Below are positions 15,621 through 23,306 of a stretch of DNA of 37,932 bases, piece after piece. The stretch spans positions 1 through 37,932 of the IMG/VR virus record IMGVR_UViG_3300009506_000100; one strand, written 5' to 3'. Below the pieces are notes generated by a model. It had not been told where the DNA came from and searched no databases. It was given only the letters and a program-made list of their open reading frames with translations. Each line of letters starts with the position of its first letter. The stretch's first letter is position 1. Source of the DNA: a virus. The translations under genes and the position numbers were made by a program.

Positions 15621-16192
15621 GGCGGGGTGAGCCTCTCCGACTGGTTCACAAACGGAAGCCCCAAATCCATCAGCACCGGATTCGCAGTGTCATATGCCTC
15701 GTGTTCGTGCACGAAGTCCTCCACTGCCCGCCAGCACTTATCCGCCACAGTTCTAGCATGGTGGCCAGCGCCATTCTCCCCGATCCACCATGCCGCCTCG
15801 ATCAGATCGGCCAACTTGATCAAGTTGCGTTCCACTCCGGACAAGCTGCGACCCGGCGACGGTGTCAAATACGGAAGGTTTGGCATGATGTCGGCATCCA
15901 TGCTGTGGAAGATATCGACCACCTCATCCGGATTCTGGCGGCTGCGTATGAACGACTTACCCGGCGTGGGTATGTCGCCATACCTGATTTCGGGGGAATC
16001 GTGGAACATCAGCGCAGTCATGAAGTGCGCGGACGGCTCACCCAACATAGCCCGCTTAAACAATTCCAGCCCGATCACCGTCACGTTGTACTGGTGCTCC
16101 GCAAGGTTCTGCTCCTTGGTGGTGTTTATGATGGTCCACCGCTTGATGTGGCTGGTGCGGGCCAGTTCGTAGAAGCTTAGCTCTTTGCTCAT
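15617..16192 (-). CDS. datZ: HD-domain phosphohydrolase, YfbR-like. Candidate DatZ (dATP triphosphohydrolase).
   Basis: Motifs HIKRW, NLAEHQYNV and LMFHDSPEIRYGDIPTPGK match the YfbR-like HD pattern. Third gene of the purZ operon, joined by ATGA overlaps on both sides. Confidence 0.65.
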   Translation of the reverse strand: MSKELSFYELARTSHIKRWTIINTTKEQNLAEHQYNVTVIGLELFKRAMLGEPSAHFMTALMFHDSPEIRYGDIPTPGKSFIRSRQNPDEVVDIFHSMDADIMPNLPYLTPSPGRSLSGVERNLIKLADLIEAAWWIGENGAGHHARTVADKCWRAVEDFVHEHEAYDTANPVLMDLGLPFVNQSERLTPP

Positions 16193-16620
16193 AACGCCCG
16201 CCCTCCATGATCGTCCTGTGTGCCGTGCTGCTCAAGACACGCATGTAGCACAGCGATGGTCTGCACGATTTCACTGCGCACCGAGTTGCGGTCAGTGCCG
16301 CCCTTGATCACAGCCTGCTTAGCCTCCGCAAGCTCGGCCTCGGCGATGAGAATCCATTCCGCGATGGAGTGCGGGGATTGCTCGATGCTGCCCCACTTGG
16401 AGTCTTGGAAGTTGCGCTCTACCTGAATGGCGGCACGCACATCAGCAATACGCTGGCGCTGCTTCAGAGCCTTGGCCTGCTCACTTATCTGCTTGCGTAT
16501 GTTGTGCCCGGTAAGCGCTTGGCGCAGATCGTCCGCGCCGAGTGGACACTTGTGGTCGGAAGTCAGGGTGCCTCCGCACCGCTGGCACCGACCAAAAACT
16601 GCTGTGTTTTGCACGTCCAT
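16189..16620 (-). CDS. mazZ: MazG-like all-alpha NTP pyrophosphohydrolase with an N-terminal Cys-rich (zinc-ribbon-like) segment. Candidate MazZ.
   Basis: FQDSKWG...HSIAEWILIAEAELAEAKQAV...VRSEIVQTIAVLHACLE resembles phage MazG-like / dATP-dGTP diphosphohydrolase families. N-terminal CQRCGG...HKCP. The ATG at 16620 follows AAGGGGGA. The TTG start at 16671 in the track would overlap purZ. Confidence 0.55.
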   Translation of the reverse strand: MDVQNTAVFGRCQRCGGTLTSDHKCPLGADDLRQALTGHNIRKQISEQAKALKQRQRIADVRAAIQVERNFQDSKWGSIEQSPHSIAEWILIAEAELAEAKQAVIKGGTDRNSVRSEIVQTIAVLHACLEQHGTQDDHGGRAL

Positions 16621-16621
16621 C

Positions 16622-17677
16622 TCAATCCCCCTTAGTAGTGAAAACGTCGTTGTGGGAAGCACCCCAGCCAAGCATGGTCAACTCAGCGCCAGTGTTGCTG
16701 ATGATGCGCTCATAGTCGTGCAGCCGCAGCGCATTCTCATCCTCGTCGCGCTCGATGTAGTTGACGAAGTTTAGAAACACCTCGTCGACTCCGTTCATGC
16801 GCACGGCATCGGCGATCTGCTGTGGCGAGAACGTGAAAATGCGTCGCGGCAGTTGAGTCACCGTGGTAAGTTCTGGCTCCATTCCGAGTTGGCTCCACTC
16901 GATCTCGCGCTGGTCGTCGTAGCACGGGCCAGAGGTGCCGACCTGTACACCGTCCTTGTAACGATTGGCGACGCGGATCGGGTAGGTGCGTGCGCAGCCG
17001 TAGACGCGGGTGTTCCTGCTCTGAGCGAATGCACGTGGGATCGCACAATCGGACAGTAGCTGGTGCGTTGTACAATCACGGCTGGTGGTGTACGGATAAA
17101 AGCCCTGATTTATCGACAGCGAGAATCCCTGTGCGCCCTCCAGCAACAACTTGTTTGCGGAGTCGAGCGCGCTGTTATAGTCGTCTGCCGACGCCAGCAG
17201 TGCTTCCAGTGGCGTGCCCACCAACACATCGCGTGCGATAATGCTGGCATCCGGATCGCGCTTAATCTTTTCGATGACTGCGGCACCCACACCCTTCATC
17301 GTGCTGCCGATCTTGAACATAGACTCGGATTCAGCCAAGCGATGACCGGCACTCACTACGGCTGCGTTCTCGTGGATGAAAATCTGCACCCCGTCGAGAT
17401 ACTCGATGTAATCGTTAAGCTCATTCCACAGGTTGTCGATGTCGATCACCGAGCCGGGACCGATCAAAATGCGGCGCAGGTTGGGGGACACGATGCCGTT
17501 GGGTAGTGCGCAGTTAACGAACTTCTTGCCGTTGGAATCGATGTACGTGTGGCCAGCGTTCGGACTCCATGCGATAGCGATCGTGTCATATGCGTGCTTC
17601 TCGGCCAGATACCCGGCCAGCAGCCCTTTACCCGTGCTGCCGTATTGCAGATCGGTGATGATGTCGAATCTCTTCAT
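16622..17677 (-). CDS. purZ: Adenylosuccinate-synthetase homologue of the PurZ type (predicted N6-succino-2-amino-2'-deoxyadenylate synthase), 351 aa
   Basis: PurA signatures are kept: SPNAGHTY, IGSTMKGVGAAVIEKI, EGAQGFSLSINQGFYPYTTS. The P-loop reads QYGSTGKG instead of the PurA GDEGKGK. The protein is ~80 aa shorter than cellular PurA and sits next to MazG-like, HD and PolA genes. Confidence 0.8.
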   Translation of the reverse strand: MKRFDIITDLQYGSTGKGLLAGYLAEKHAYDTIAIAWSPNAGHTYIDSNGKKFVNCALPNGIVSPNLRRILIGPGSVIDIDNLWNELNDYIEYLDGVQIFIHENAAVVSAGHRLAESESMFKIGSTMKGVGAAVIEKIKRDPDASIIARDVLVGTPLEALLASADDYNSALDSANKLLLEGAQGFSLSINQGFYPYTTSRDCTTHQLLSDCAIPRAFAQSRNTRVYGCARTYPIRVANRYKDGVQVGTSGPCYDDQREIEWSQLGMEPELTTVTQLPRRIFTFSPQQIADAVRMNGVDEVFLNFVNYIERDEDENALRLHDYERIISNTGAELTMLGWGASHNDVFTTKGD

Positions 17678-17763
17678 TGCTTCTCTCCTTTGGTGATGAC
17701 GATTGGCGGTATAAACGGGACATAGCCAGCCATAGCCAGCGATGCGTACAGCAGTGTCGGCAT
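17674..17763 (-). CDS. Possible 29-aa hydrophobic leader peptide overlapping the purZ start
   Basis: Hand translation gives MPTLLYASLAMAGYVPFIPPIVITKGEKQ. Its TGA overlaps the purZ ATG. The SD-like AAGGAGAG lies ~15 nt upstream, which is a long spacing. Confidence 0.2.
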   Translation of the reverse strand: MPTLLYASLAMAGYVPFIPPIVITKGEKQ

Positions 17764-17811
17764 GATAACTTTCAATTCACTCTCCTTGTGCGTATGTTGT
17801 CTGATGCGGCC

Positions 17812-17840
17812 AGTGTATCACACCGGCACGCACCAGTCCA
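17812..17840 (-). promoter_or_regulatory. Sigma70-like promoter candidate for the purZ operon (TGGACT-N17-TACACT on the minus strand)
   Basis: The + strand shows AGTGTA (17812-17817) and AGTCCA (17835-17840) exactly 17 nt apart. The same hexamer pair recurs at 23374-23402 and 27935-27963. Confidence 0.45.
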
Positions 17841-17851
17841 GCATGTTTTTA

Positions 17852-18034
17852 TCAAATAATCCCCTTCCACACCAGCACAGCGGCCAGTATAACAAGTACC
17901 ACGAACAGTGCGGCCCCTCCCCAAAATGGGGCGGTGACCCACCACCAAGACCAGTTAATGTATCCGGTCAATTTAAGTGTAACAAACACTACGCCGAGTA
18001 AACCAACCGTACTGATAGAACTACTATTAGCCAT
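17852..18034 (-). CDS. Small two-TM membrane protein (60 aa)
   Basis: The ATG at 18034 follows AAGGAGAGG. Sequence MANSSSISTVGLLGVVFVTLKLTGYINWSWWWVTAPFWGGAALFVVLVILAAVLVWKGII. The longer track ORF would overlap the SSB gene. Confidence 0.55.
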   Translation of the reverse strand: MANSSSISTVGLLGVVFVTLKLTGYINWSWWWVTAPFWGGAALFVVLVILAAVLVWKGII

Positions 18035-18044
18035 GATCCTCTCC

Positions 18045-18326
18045 TTAAAACGGGATATCATCATCCATTTCGTCGAATCCGCTGCTGGTGGGTCTGGGGT
18101 TGTTGGCCGCGCCACGCTGCGCACGCGTCGCGGGCTGTTGCTCCTTCAATTGGAACGACAACGACAAAAATGCCTCGCCGGTCGTCCTGTTCTTCTGCTT
18201 CCACCCGCTGATCCAGTACTCCACACCCTCAATCTCACATTTGCCACTGTAGTCGGGTTGTGCGTCCTTTTCCTTGCGCTTGTTGGTGCCGAGGGTGCCT
18301 CGCATGTTGTTGTCGTACTGTGCCAT
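18045..18326 (-). CDS. Single-stranded DNA-binding protein (short, 93 aa)
   Basis: Acidic C-terminal tail FDEMDDDIPF, typical of bacterial and phage SSBs. The ATG at 18326 follows AAGGAG. Lies immediately downstream of the polymerase gene. Confidence 0.6.
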   Translation of the reverse strand: MAQYDNNMRGTLGTNKRKEKDAQPDYSGKCEIEGVEYWISGWKQKNRTTGEAFLSLSFQLKEQQPATRAQRGAANNPRPTSSGFDEMDDDIPF

Positions 18327-18345
18327 TGCTATTGCTCCTTGAGTG

Positions 18346-20205
18346 CTATTTGCTTGCTTCGAACCAATTCGGCCCAACTTCGACCGACGACTTGATGGGT
18401 ACGCGCAGCCTGATAGGACAACGCTCACCATCGAAAACTTCTAACACCTCCTTCACCATGCCAGATTGTCTGGCAGACTCCGACTTTCGCATGGAGAAGT
18501 CCAACTCATCGTGCACGGACAGCAGCATTCCAATGCCTTCACTCTGGCACACAGGCCAGAGTTCTACCATCTTCTGCTTCATGCAGTCCGCACTCGATCC
18601 CTGAAATACAAGGCCACCCGCCTTATGCGTGTACTTGCCACCGGGGAAGCGGATATGCCGCCCCATGATGGTCTTCACATAACCGCGTGATTTGGCGATA
18701 GCCGACGCCTCACTCAGTAGCTTGGATACGCCCGGAATCGCACCGTGGTATGTGCCGAAAATCTCCTCGGCCTTGGGTCCAGCGTTGAACCACTCGCGGC
18801 CATCGGTGCCGTAACGTACCGTATAATCAAGTCCCATCTCGTACGCCATCTTACCCTTACCCATACCAAACACTAGACCAAGGTTTATCTGCTTCGCGTT
18901 GGCGTCACCCGCGAATCGCGGTTTGCGCGGAATACCAGTAAGGTTGGACACGATCTGGTGATAGTCGGTATCAGGGTCGTCCGCGTATGCCTTTAGAATG
19001 TTGGGGTCTTTAGTGTAATGGGCGAACATGCGAAACTCCATCTGCGCCCAATCCGCGCAGCACCAGTCGTGCCCGTCCTCGGGTATGAAGCATGAGCGCA
19101 CGATAGCTGCGATGTCAACGTCCCGCGCTGGAATCTGCTGCAGCGCCGGGTCATTGATGGAGAATCGGCCAGTGCCGGTGCCTAGGTCGTTGTCGCCGCG
19201 TGTCTGATTGTAGTTTGGGTAGACGCGCCCGCCCACAGCGTGCGCGATGATGTGGTCCTTCAGGAACGAATTCGCCTTCGTCATCTTGCGCAGTTGTAAC
19301 ACCTGCTTGGCCCGCGCATCACCCTGCTCGGACATGATAACTAGCGTATCCTTACCAAGTGATGGCCCATCCGAATCGGTCATCGGCAACAGGAACCCCG
19401 AATCGGTGCGCCATTCGAAGCCCTTCGGATTGTCGGCGTCGCACTTCTTCACCTTGAACAGTTCACGCATCTGCTTGGGCGAGTTTGCGTTCATGACGGC
19501 ACCAGCCAGTTTGTCTAGTGCGCGTTGTGCCTCGTCAATCTTGCGGGCGACGTCCTTCATGGAGCCGTGCGCACGCTGTTCGTCCACGCGCACCCCCTGA
19601 CGCTCAATGTGGCACAGGATCGGCGTTACTCGCTTTTCCAGCGACCACACCTGCCCCAACTCTTGACGTTTGATCTCTTCCTCCTGCCACAACCACAGCT
19701 TGATAGCGAGCACGGGGTCTTCGATTGCGTACTTCCCGGCCAACGACTCTGGCGCACGATGCAGGTTGGGCATTTGTGCCTCGCGTGTGGGCTTGCCACC
19801 AAACATCGCCGCCAGTTCCGCGTAGATGTCGACCTTTGACACGTTCAGGTACTTGCGCGACAATGAGTCCAGACTGAAGGAGCGCTCGTGCTCGTTGATA
19901 AGTGCGGAGCGAACGCTGGTGCACTCGATGGAGTCGTCCGACACACGCACACCTTTGTTCATCAGGAAGTTTACGTCGAACTTGATGTTGTGGTTTACCA
20001 GCCGTTTGATCAGCGGCACCTCAGTGCGCAGCATCTCGACCACACGCGTCTTGCTGCGGATGTCGAAATAGCCGGACACGATCTTCTCACCGTCATAAGC
20101 AGCGACAGCGATCCCGAACACATCGTCCTTGTACCAGTGAAGTCCAGTAGTTTCAGTGTCGATCGAAACTATTGGGTACTCGTGCAGCCTTGCAAGATTC
20201 AGCAT
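18346..20205 (-). CDS. Family A DNA polymerase with 3'-5' proofreading exonuclease (619 aa). Candidate DpoZ-type polymerase.
   Basis: Exo motifs: VSIDTETTGL, NHNIKFDVNFL, YAIEDPVLA. Pol motifs: A DWAQMEFRMFAHY, B AKQINLGLVFGMGKG, C LSVHDEL. The ATG at 20205 follows GGGGG. The track start at 20235 is a TTG that overlaps the helicase gene. Confidence 0.9.
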   Translation of the reverse strand: MLNLARLHEYPIVSIDTETTGLHWYKDDVFGIAVAAYDGEKIVSGYFDIRSKTRVVEMLRTEVPLIKRLVNHNIKFDVNFLMNKGVRVSDDSIECTSVRSALINEHERSFSLDSLSRKYLNVSKVDIYAELAAMFGGKPTREAQMPNLHRAPESLAGKYAIEDPVLAIKLWLWQEEEIKRQELGQVWSLEKRVTPILCHIERQGVRVDEQRAHGSMKDVARKIDEAQRALDKLAGAVMNANSPKQMRELFKVKKCDADNPKGFEWRTDSGFLLPMTDSDGPSLGKDTLVIMSEQGDARAKQVLQLRKMTKANSFLKDHIIAHAVGGRVYPNYNQTRGDNDLGTGTGRFSINDPALQQIPARDVDIAAIVRSCFIPEDGHDWCCADWAQMEFRMFAHYTKDPNILKAYADDPDTDYHQIVSNLTGIPRKPRFAGDANAKQINLGLVFGMGKGKMAYEMGLDYTVRYGTDGREWFNAGPKAEEIFGTYHGAIPGVSKLLSEASAIAKSRGYVKTIMGRHIRFPGGKYTHKAGGLVFQGSSADCMKQKMVELWPVCQSEGIGMLLSVHDELDFSMRKSESARQSGMVKEVLEVFDGERCPIRLRVPIKSSVEVGPNWFEASK

Positions 20206-20206
20206 G

Positions 20207-21499
20207 TCAACCCCCAATGATGGACGGTGGTTCAAATAGTGGGTTGCCTCCGCTCAGGATCAACTCGTCTGAGGTGCGCGTCAGAGCCACGTACAGGACG
20301 CGCAGTTCGGCATCACGATCGTTGTATATCCCGGACAGCACGCGTGTGGGCAGGTTCAGGTCGACTACAACGCGTCGATGCTCACGCCCCTTGGCCTGAT
20401 GGATCGTCGACAGCTGCACCTCGATCGGCTTGTTCAGGTCCGCTTGGGCGTAGAACTCGCGCAGGTGGATCGGAATCTCGGGCTTGCCGCCCTCGCGCAA
20501 CTCACGAGCGATCCTGCTCGTCCACGGGCTGACGCCACCCATCACCGAGTAAGGGACCATGGCCCGATTCAGATCGCGTTTTATGTCGGCGAGCCGAGCG
20601 CGATCACGCGCCAGCACGAGTGCTCCACCATCGGCGGCGATTCGCTGCAGGTCGATGTAGTGAAAGTCGTTGTATGTCGTGATGTTACCCACGGCATTGC
20701 GCGGATAGAACTGCTTCCGTACCCTGCGCCCGATCTGGGCCAACGCGACATCATGGGCAAGGTCGTGCACCATGCGCGGTACCCGATGCGACTGGCGTAA
20801 GATGTGTAACTCGCCCTCCGTGGCCTGCATGAAGTCAAGCATGCCGTGGGGGTCGGCACCATTCCACTCGTAGATCGCTTGGTCGTCATCGCCAGCGATC
20901 ACCACCTCGCATTGCTCTGGCAGCAGGGTGCGGAGCACCACCCACTGCAGCGGCGAGCAGTCCTGTGCTTCATCTAGGAACACACGCTTGTACTGCGACA
21001 GATCGCCCCGCTTTGCCCACTCCTTGAGCATGTCATCAAAGTCAACGTACCCGTATGCGGCTTTCCAGTCCTCATACGCACTGGCGAAGAACGTGAACCT
21101 GCGCATGGTCCCCGGTCTGCCGAAGTGGTCGTACGCCTCCATATGGCCTATCGACCTGTTGTTTGCGTACGCTACGACTGCCGCGTATTCATCACCCTCT
21201 TGCTGTTCCTCCTCTGACCCAGATTCGCTACCGCGCATCGGTACCCCGGCCATCTCAGCAAAAGACTTAAGTTTGGCTGCGTCTACCACTTGCGCCCGAG
21301 TCAGGCCAAGTTGGTGAAACGCTAGTGAATGCATGGTTGAGGCTGTGATGCCTTCATTCCCCTTGATCCGGGACTTCATCTCCAGTGCTGCCGCCTTGGT
21401 ATATGACAGAAGCAGGGTATCCTTCCTCCCCTCTGCCAGATCGACCAGCGTTCTCGTTTTCCCGGTGCCGGGGGGACCAAATATGGCTGAAACCTTCAT
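20207..21499 (-). CDS. Superfamily 1 (UvrD/Rep-like) DNA helicase, 430 aa
   Basis: Walker A GPPGTGKT, motif II FLDEAQD, and C-terminal STIHQAKGRE and LYVALTRT. Confidence 0.85.
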   Translation of the reverse strand: MKVSAIFGPPGTGKTRTLVDLAEGRKDTLLLSYTKAAALEMKSRIKGNEGITASTMHSLAFHQLGLTRAQVVDAAKLKSFAEMAGVPMRGSESGSEEEQQEGDEYAAVVAYANNRSIGHMEAYDHFGRPGTMRRFTFFASAYEDWKAAYGYVDFDDMLKEWAKRGDLSQYKRVFLDEAQDCSPLQWVVLRTLLPEQCEVVIAGDDDQAIYEWNGADPHGMLDFMQATEGELHILRQSHRVPRMVHDLAHDVALAQIGRRVRKQFYPRNAVGNITTYNDFHYIDLQRIAADGGALVLARDRARLADIKRDLNRAMVPYSVMGGVSPWTSRIARELREGGKPEIPIHLREFYAQADLNKPIEVQLSTIHQAKGREHRRVVVDLNLPTRVLSGIYNDRDAELRVLYVALTRTSDELILSGGNPLFEPPSIIGG

Positions 21500-21556
21500 T
21501 ATCGTCTATCCTCTCCCAAAAGCCGGGAAGCCACTGGAGCACCCCGGCAAGCTATG

Positions 21557-21585
21557 AACATAGCTGGACCTCCCCGTGAGCGCAA
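21557..21585 (-). promoter_or_regulatory. Promoter candidate (TTGCGC-N17-TATGTT on the minus strand) whose -10 lies inside the palindrome AGCTATGAACATAGCT (21550-21565)
   Basis: Hexamers and the 17-nt spacer were read directly. Sits in the intergenic gap upstream of the helicase-polymerase block. It is paralogous to 26768-26803. Confidence 0.4.
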
Positions 21586-21621
21586 CGGAAATACCTTCCG
21601 TGGCTCCGGGGGGCTATCTAT

Positions 21622-22452
21622 TTACATCTCGTGATCCCGGTCAGGCGCACCCCCCTGCGATACGTCTGTTTCGTAATCGGTGACGTCCATCGTCACCTTG
21701 CGCCCGGACTCCATCAGGCTGTACAGGCTTTCGGCCTTGTCGTACACTGGCTTCGACACATAGCCCAGCTGCTTAACCGTGTAGTTGAAGTAGTCGTCAC
21801 CGGCTTTGTTCTTCTCCAGTGCGGTCCCAATCTGGTAGGCACGGGAAAAGCGATCACCACCAGCCATGCGCACCAGCGAGTTCCACTGACGCGATACCTT
21901 AGCCTTGGTGCGCGGCATCGACACCATGACTTCGTTAATGGTGCCGTCCTTGAAGTTCAGCAACAGACACAGGTGCTGCGGGGTGTCCAGCACTTCGATG
22001 CTCCCGGGAGCGATGCCCTTGTCGCGAATCTCCTGCTCAACGCGGGCTTCCGCTTCAGCGGGGGAGTTGAATGCGCCAAAGAAACCGCCCTCACCCTTCT
22101 GTTCCCGCCCCTTCGAATCGACCCACTTGCGCTTGCCCCATACGAGCCATTGCTTGATGAAGACCACCGGCACCACTGCGACGTCCTTGCCGTACAACTC
22201 ACCAGTAACGGAGTTCACAAGCATACCGGCGCGTGCGTCCTCGTTGAACTTGGGGTCGCCCTGTTTGACTTGGGGTGACAGCGCCTGCACAATCTCCAGC
22301 CGGGGAATAACGAGGTCTTCCTGCCCGACGTTTTCAGAGCCACGCTGCTGCCCCTGCTTGATGTGATCGGGAACCTGACCCTCTTCGCCAAACACCATCA
22401 TGCTCTGCTTGTTAGCATCAACAGTCGTCATTTCAGTTTGCTTCTTTGCCAT
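21622..22452 (-). CDS. Hypothetical protein (276 aa) in the replication/recombination module
   Basis: ATG after AAGGAAG. Contains DLVIPRLEIVQALSPQ. No family assigned with confidence; an ssDNA-binding or annealing role is only a guess from position. Confidence 0.7.
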   Translation of the reverse strand: MAKKQTEMTTVDANKQSMMVFGEEGQVPDHIKQGQQRGSENVGQEDLVIPRLEIVQALSPQVKQGDPKFNEDARAGMLVNSVTGELYGKDVAVVPVVFIKQWLVWGKRKWVDSKGREQKGEGGFFGAFNSPAEAEARVEQEIRDKGIAPGSIEVLDTPQHLCLLLNFKDGTINEVMVSMPRTKAKVSRQWNSLVRMAGGDRFSRAYQIGTALEKNKAGDDYFNYTVKQLGYVSKPVYDKAESLYSLMESGRKVTMDVTDYETDVSQGGAPDRDHEM

Positions 22453-22507
22453 TGCTTCTTCCTTTCAGTTTGATTAAACGAGGATAAGCCATCCTCCGGG
22501 CTACTGC

Positions 22508-22981
22508 TCACTTCACCTTCGTGATCGATGCCCGTGTAAACGGGATCACACGCAAGTATTCCTCGGGTACGGGTTTGCCCTCCTTCATGCGGTTCTTAAC
22601 GAACGCCTTCAGTGTGCTGGCGTTGATAGTCGGCTGAATGAGGTCTTGAAAGCCATTTTCATGCAGCCATGCAAACAACCCGGCCTTGTCGGTGGCCGAC
22701 ACCAGCATATCGGCAGTCAGACCCACGCGACCGATACCGTCAAACGTGATACGCTCGATGCCGTCATCATCCATCTTGGCCGGGATGACTTCAGTGCGCA
22801 GCACATCGAACTTCGCATTGACGATGGCTAATTGCGCCTCTAGGTCATCCTTCTCGGAGCGCAATAGCTTCATGTGCTCGACCATGGAAAACAGCGTCAT
22901 GGTCTTGTATTCCTCGCGTGCCGCTGCCTTGGCCTTGTTGAACGCGCTGCTCTGCTGATCGTCGTTGTCATCACTGCTCAT
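22508..22981 (-). CDS. Hypothetical protein (157 aa) with an acidic N-terminus and a coiled-coil segment
   Basis: ATG ORF overlapping the upstream gene by 11 nt. Resemblance to Gp157-like phage proteins is weak and unverified. Confidence 0.65.
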   Translation of the reverse strand: MSSDDNDDQQSSAFNKAKAAAREEYKTMTLFSMVEHMKLLRSEKDDLEAQLAIVNAKFDVLRTEVIPAKMDDDGIERITFDGIGRVGLTADMLVSATDKAGLFAWLHENGFQDLIQPTINASTLKAFVKNRMKEGKPVPEEYLRVIPFTRASITKVK

Positions 22982-23306
22982 AGGTCTGTCCTCTCATGTC
23001 TATGTACGCCGGGATATAAGTAAAGGTGCGGTTGTCCCAGCGCAATACGTTCACACCCTTGATGCCTTTGGCACCGAGCATCATGAACACCAGTGCCGAC
23101 ACATAAGGCGAACCGGCGATCACGATGTAGTCGTTGTCGGCATCAAACTCGCGCAGGCCGCGAGCAATGTGCGCAACAAGCTTTTCATTATGCAGCGATC
23201 CCCTGATGTTGCTCAGGTCTTCGCGTGCAAGGAAACGCACTTCACCAAACTGCTCGGCTGGTACGAAGTTCAGGTTTATCTCCTGCGTTACCCATACAGT
23301 GCTCAT
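22971..23306 (-). CDS. Hypothetical protein (111 aa)
   Basis: The ATG at 23306 follows a strong AAGGAGG. The longer track start at 23432 would overlap the SNF2 gene and the promoter candidate. Confidence 0.65.
   Translation of the reverse strand: MSTVWVTQEINLNFVPAEQFGEVRFLAREDLSNIRGSLHNEKLVAHIARGLREFDADNDYIVIAGSPYVSALVFMMLGAKGIKGVNVLRWDNRTFTYIPAYIDMRGQTYEQ

Noticed and set aside
15549-16172. 207-aa + strand ORF, plus the nested 159-aa ORF at 15701-16180
   Set aside because: Both are antisense to the HD-domain (datZ-like) gene, whose motifs are clear. Neither has an SD or any recognisable motif.
17721-17740. Tandem 10-bp repeat catagccagc x2
   Set aside because: There are only two units. 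They lie within the leader or small ORF upstream of purZ, nothing similar occurs elsewhere, and chance or a minor slippage duplication is the likely explanation.
20206-20235. TTG start at 20235 for the DNA polymerase
   Set aside because: It is a non-ATG codon lying inside the helicase gene. The ATG at 20205 sits 5 nt after a GGGGG SD, immediately after the helicase stop.
22476-22492. Hairpin GAGGAT-ggctt-ATCCTC as an intrinsic terminator after the 157-aa gene
   Set aside because: The stem is only 6 bp and the following sequence (GTTTAATCAAA) is a weak U-tract. The downstream gene has no separate promoter signal, so read-through is more likely.
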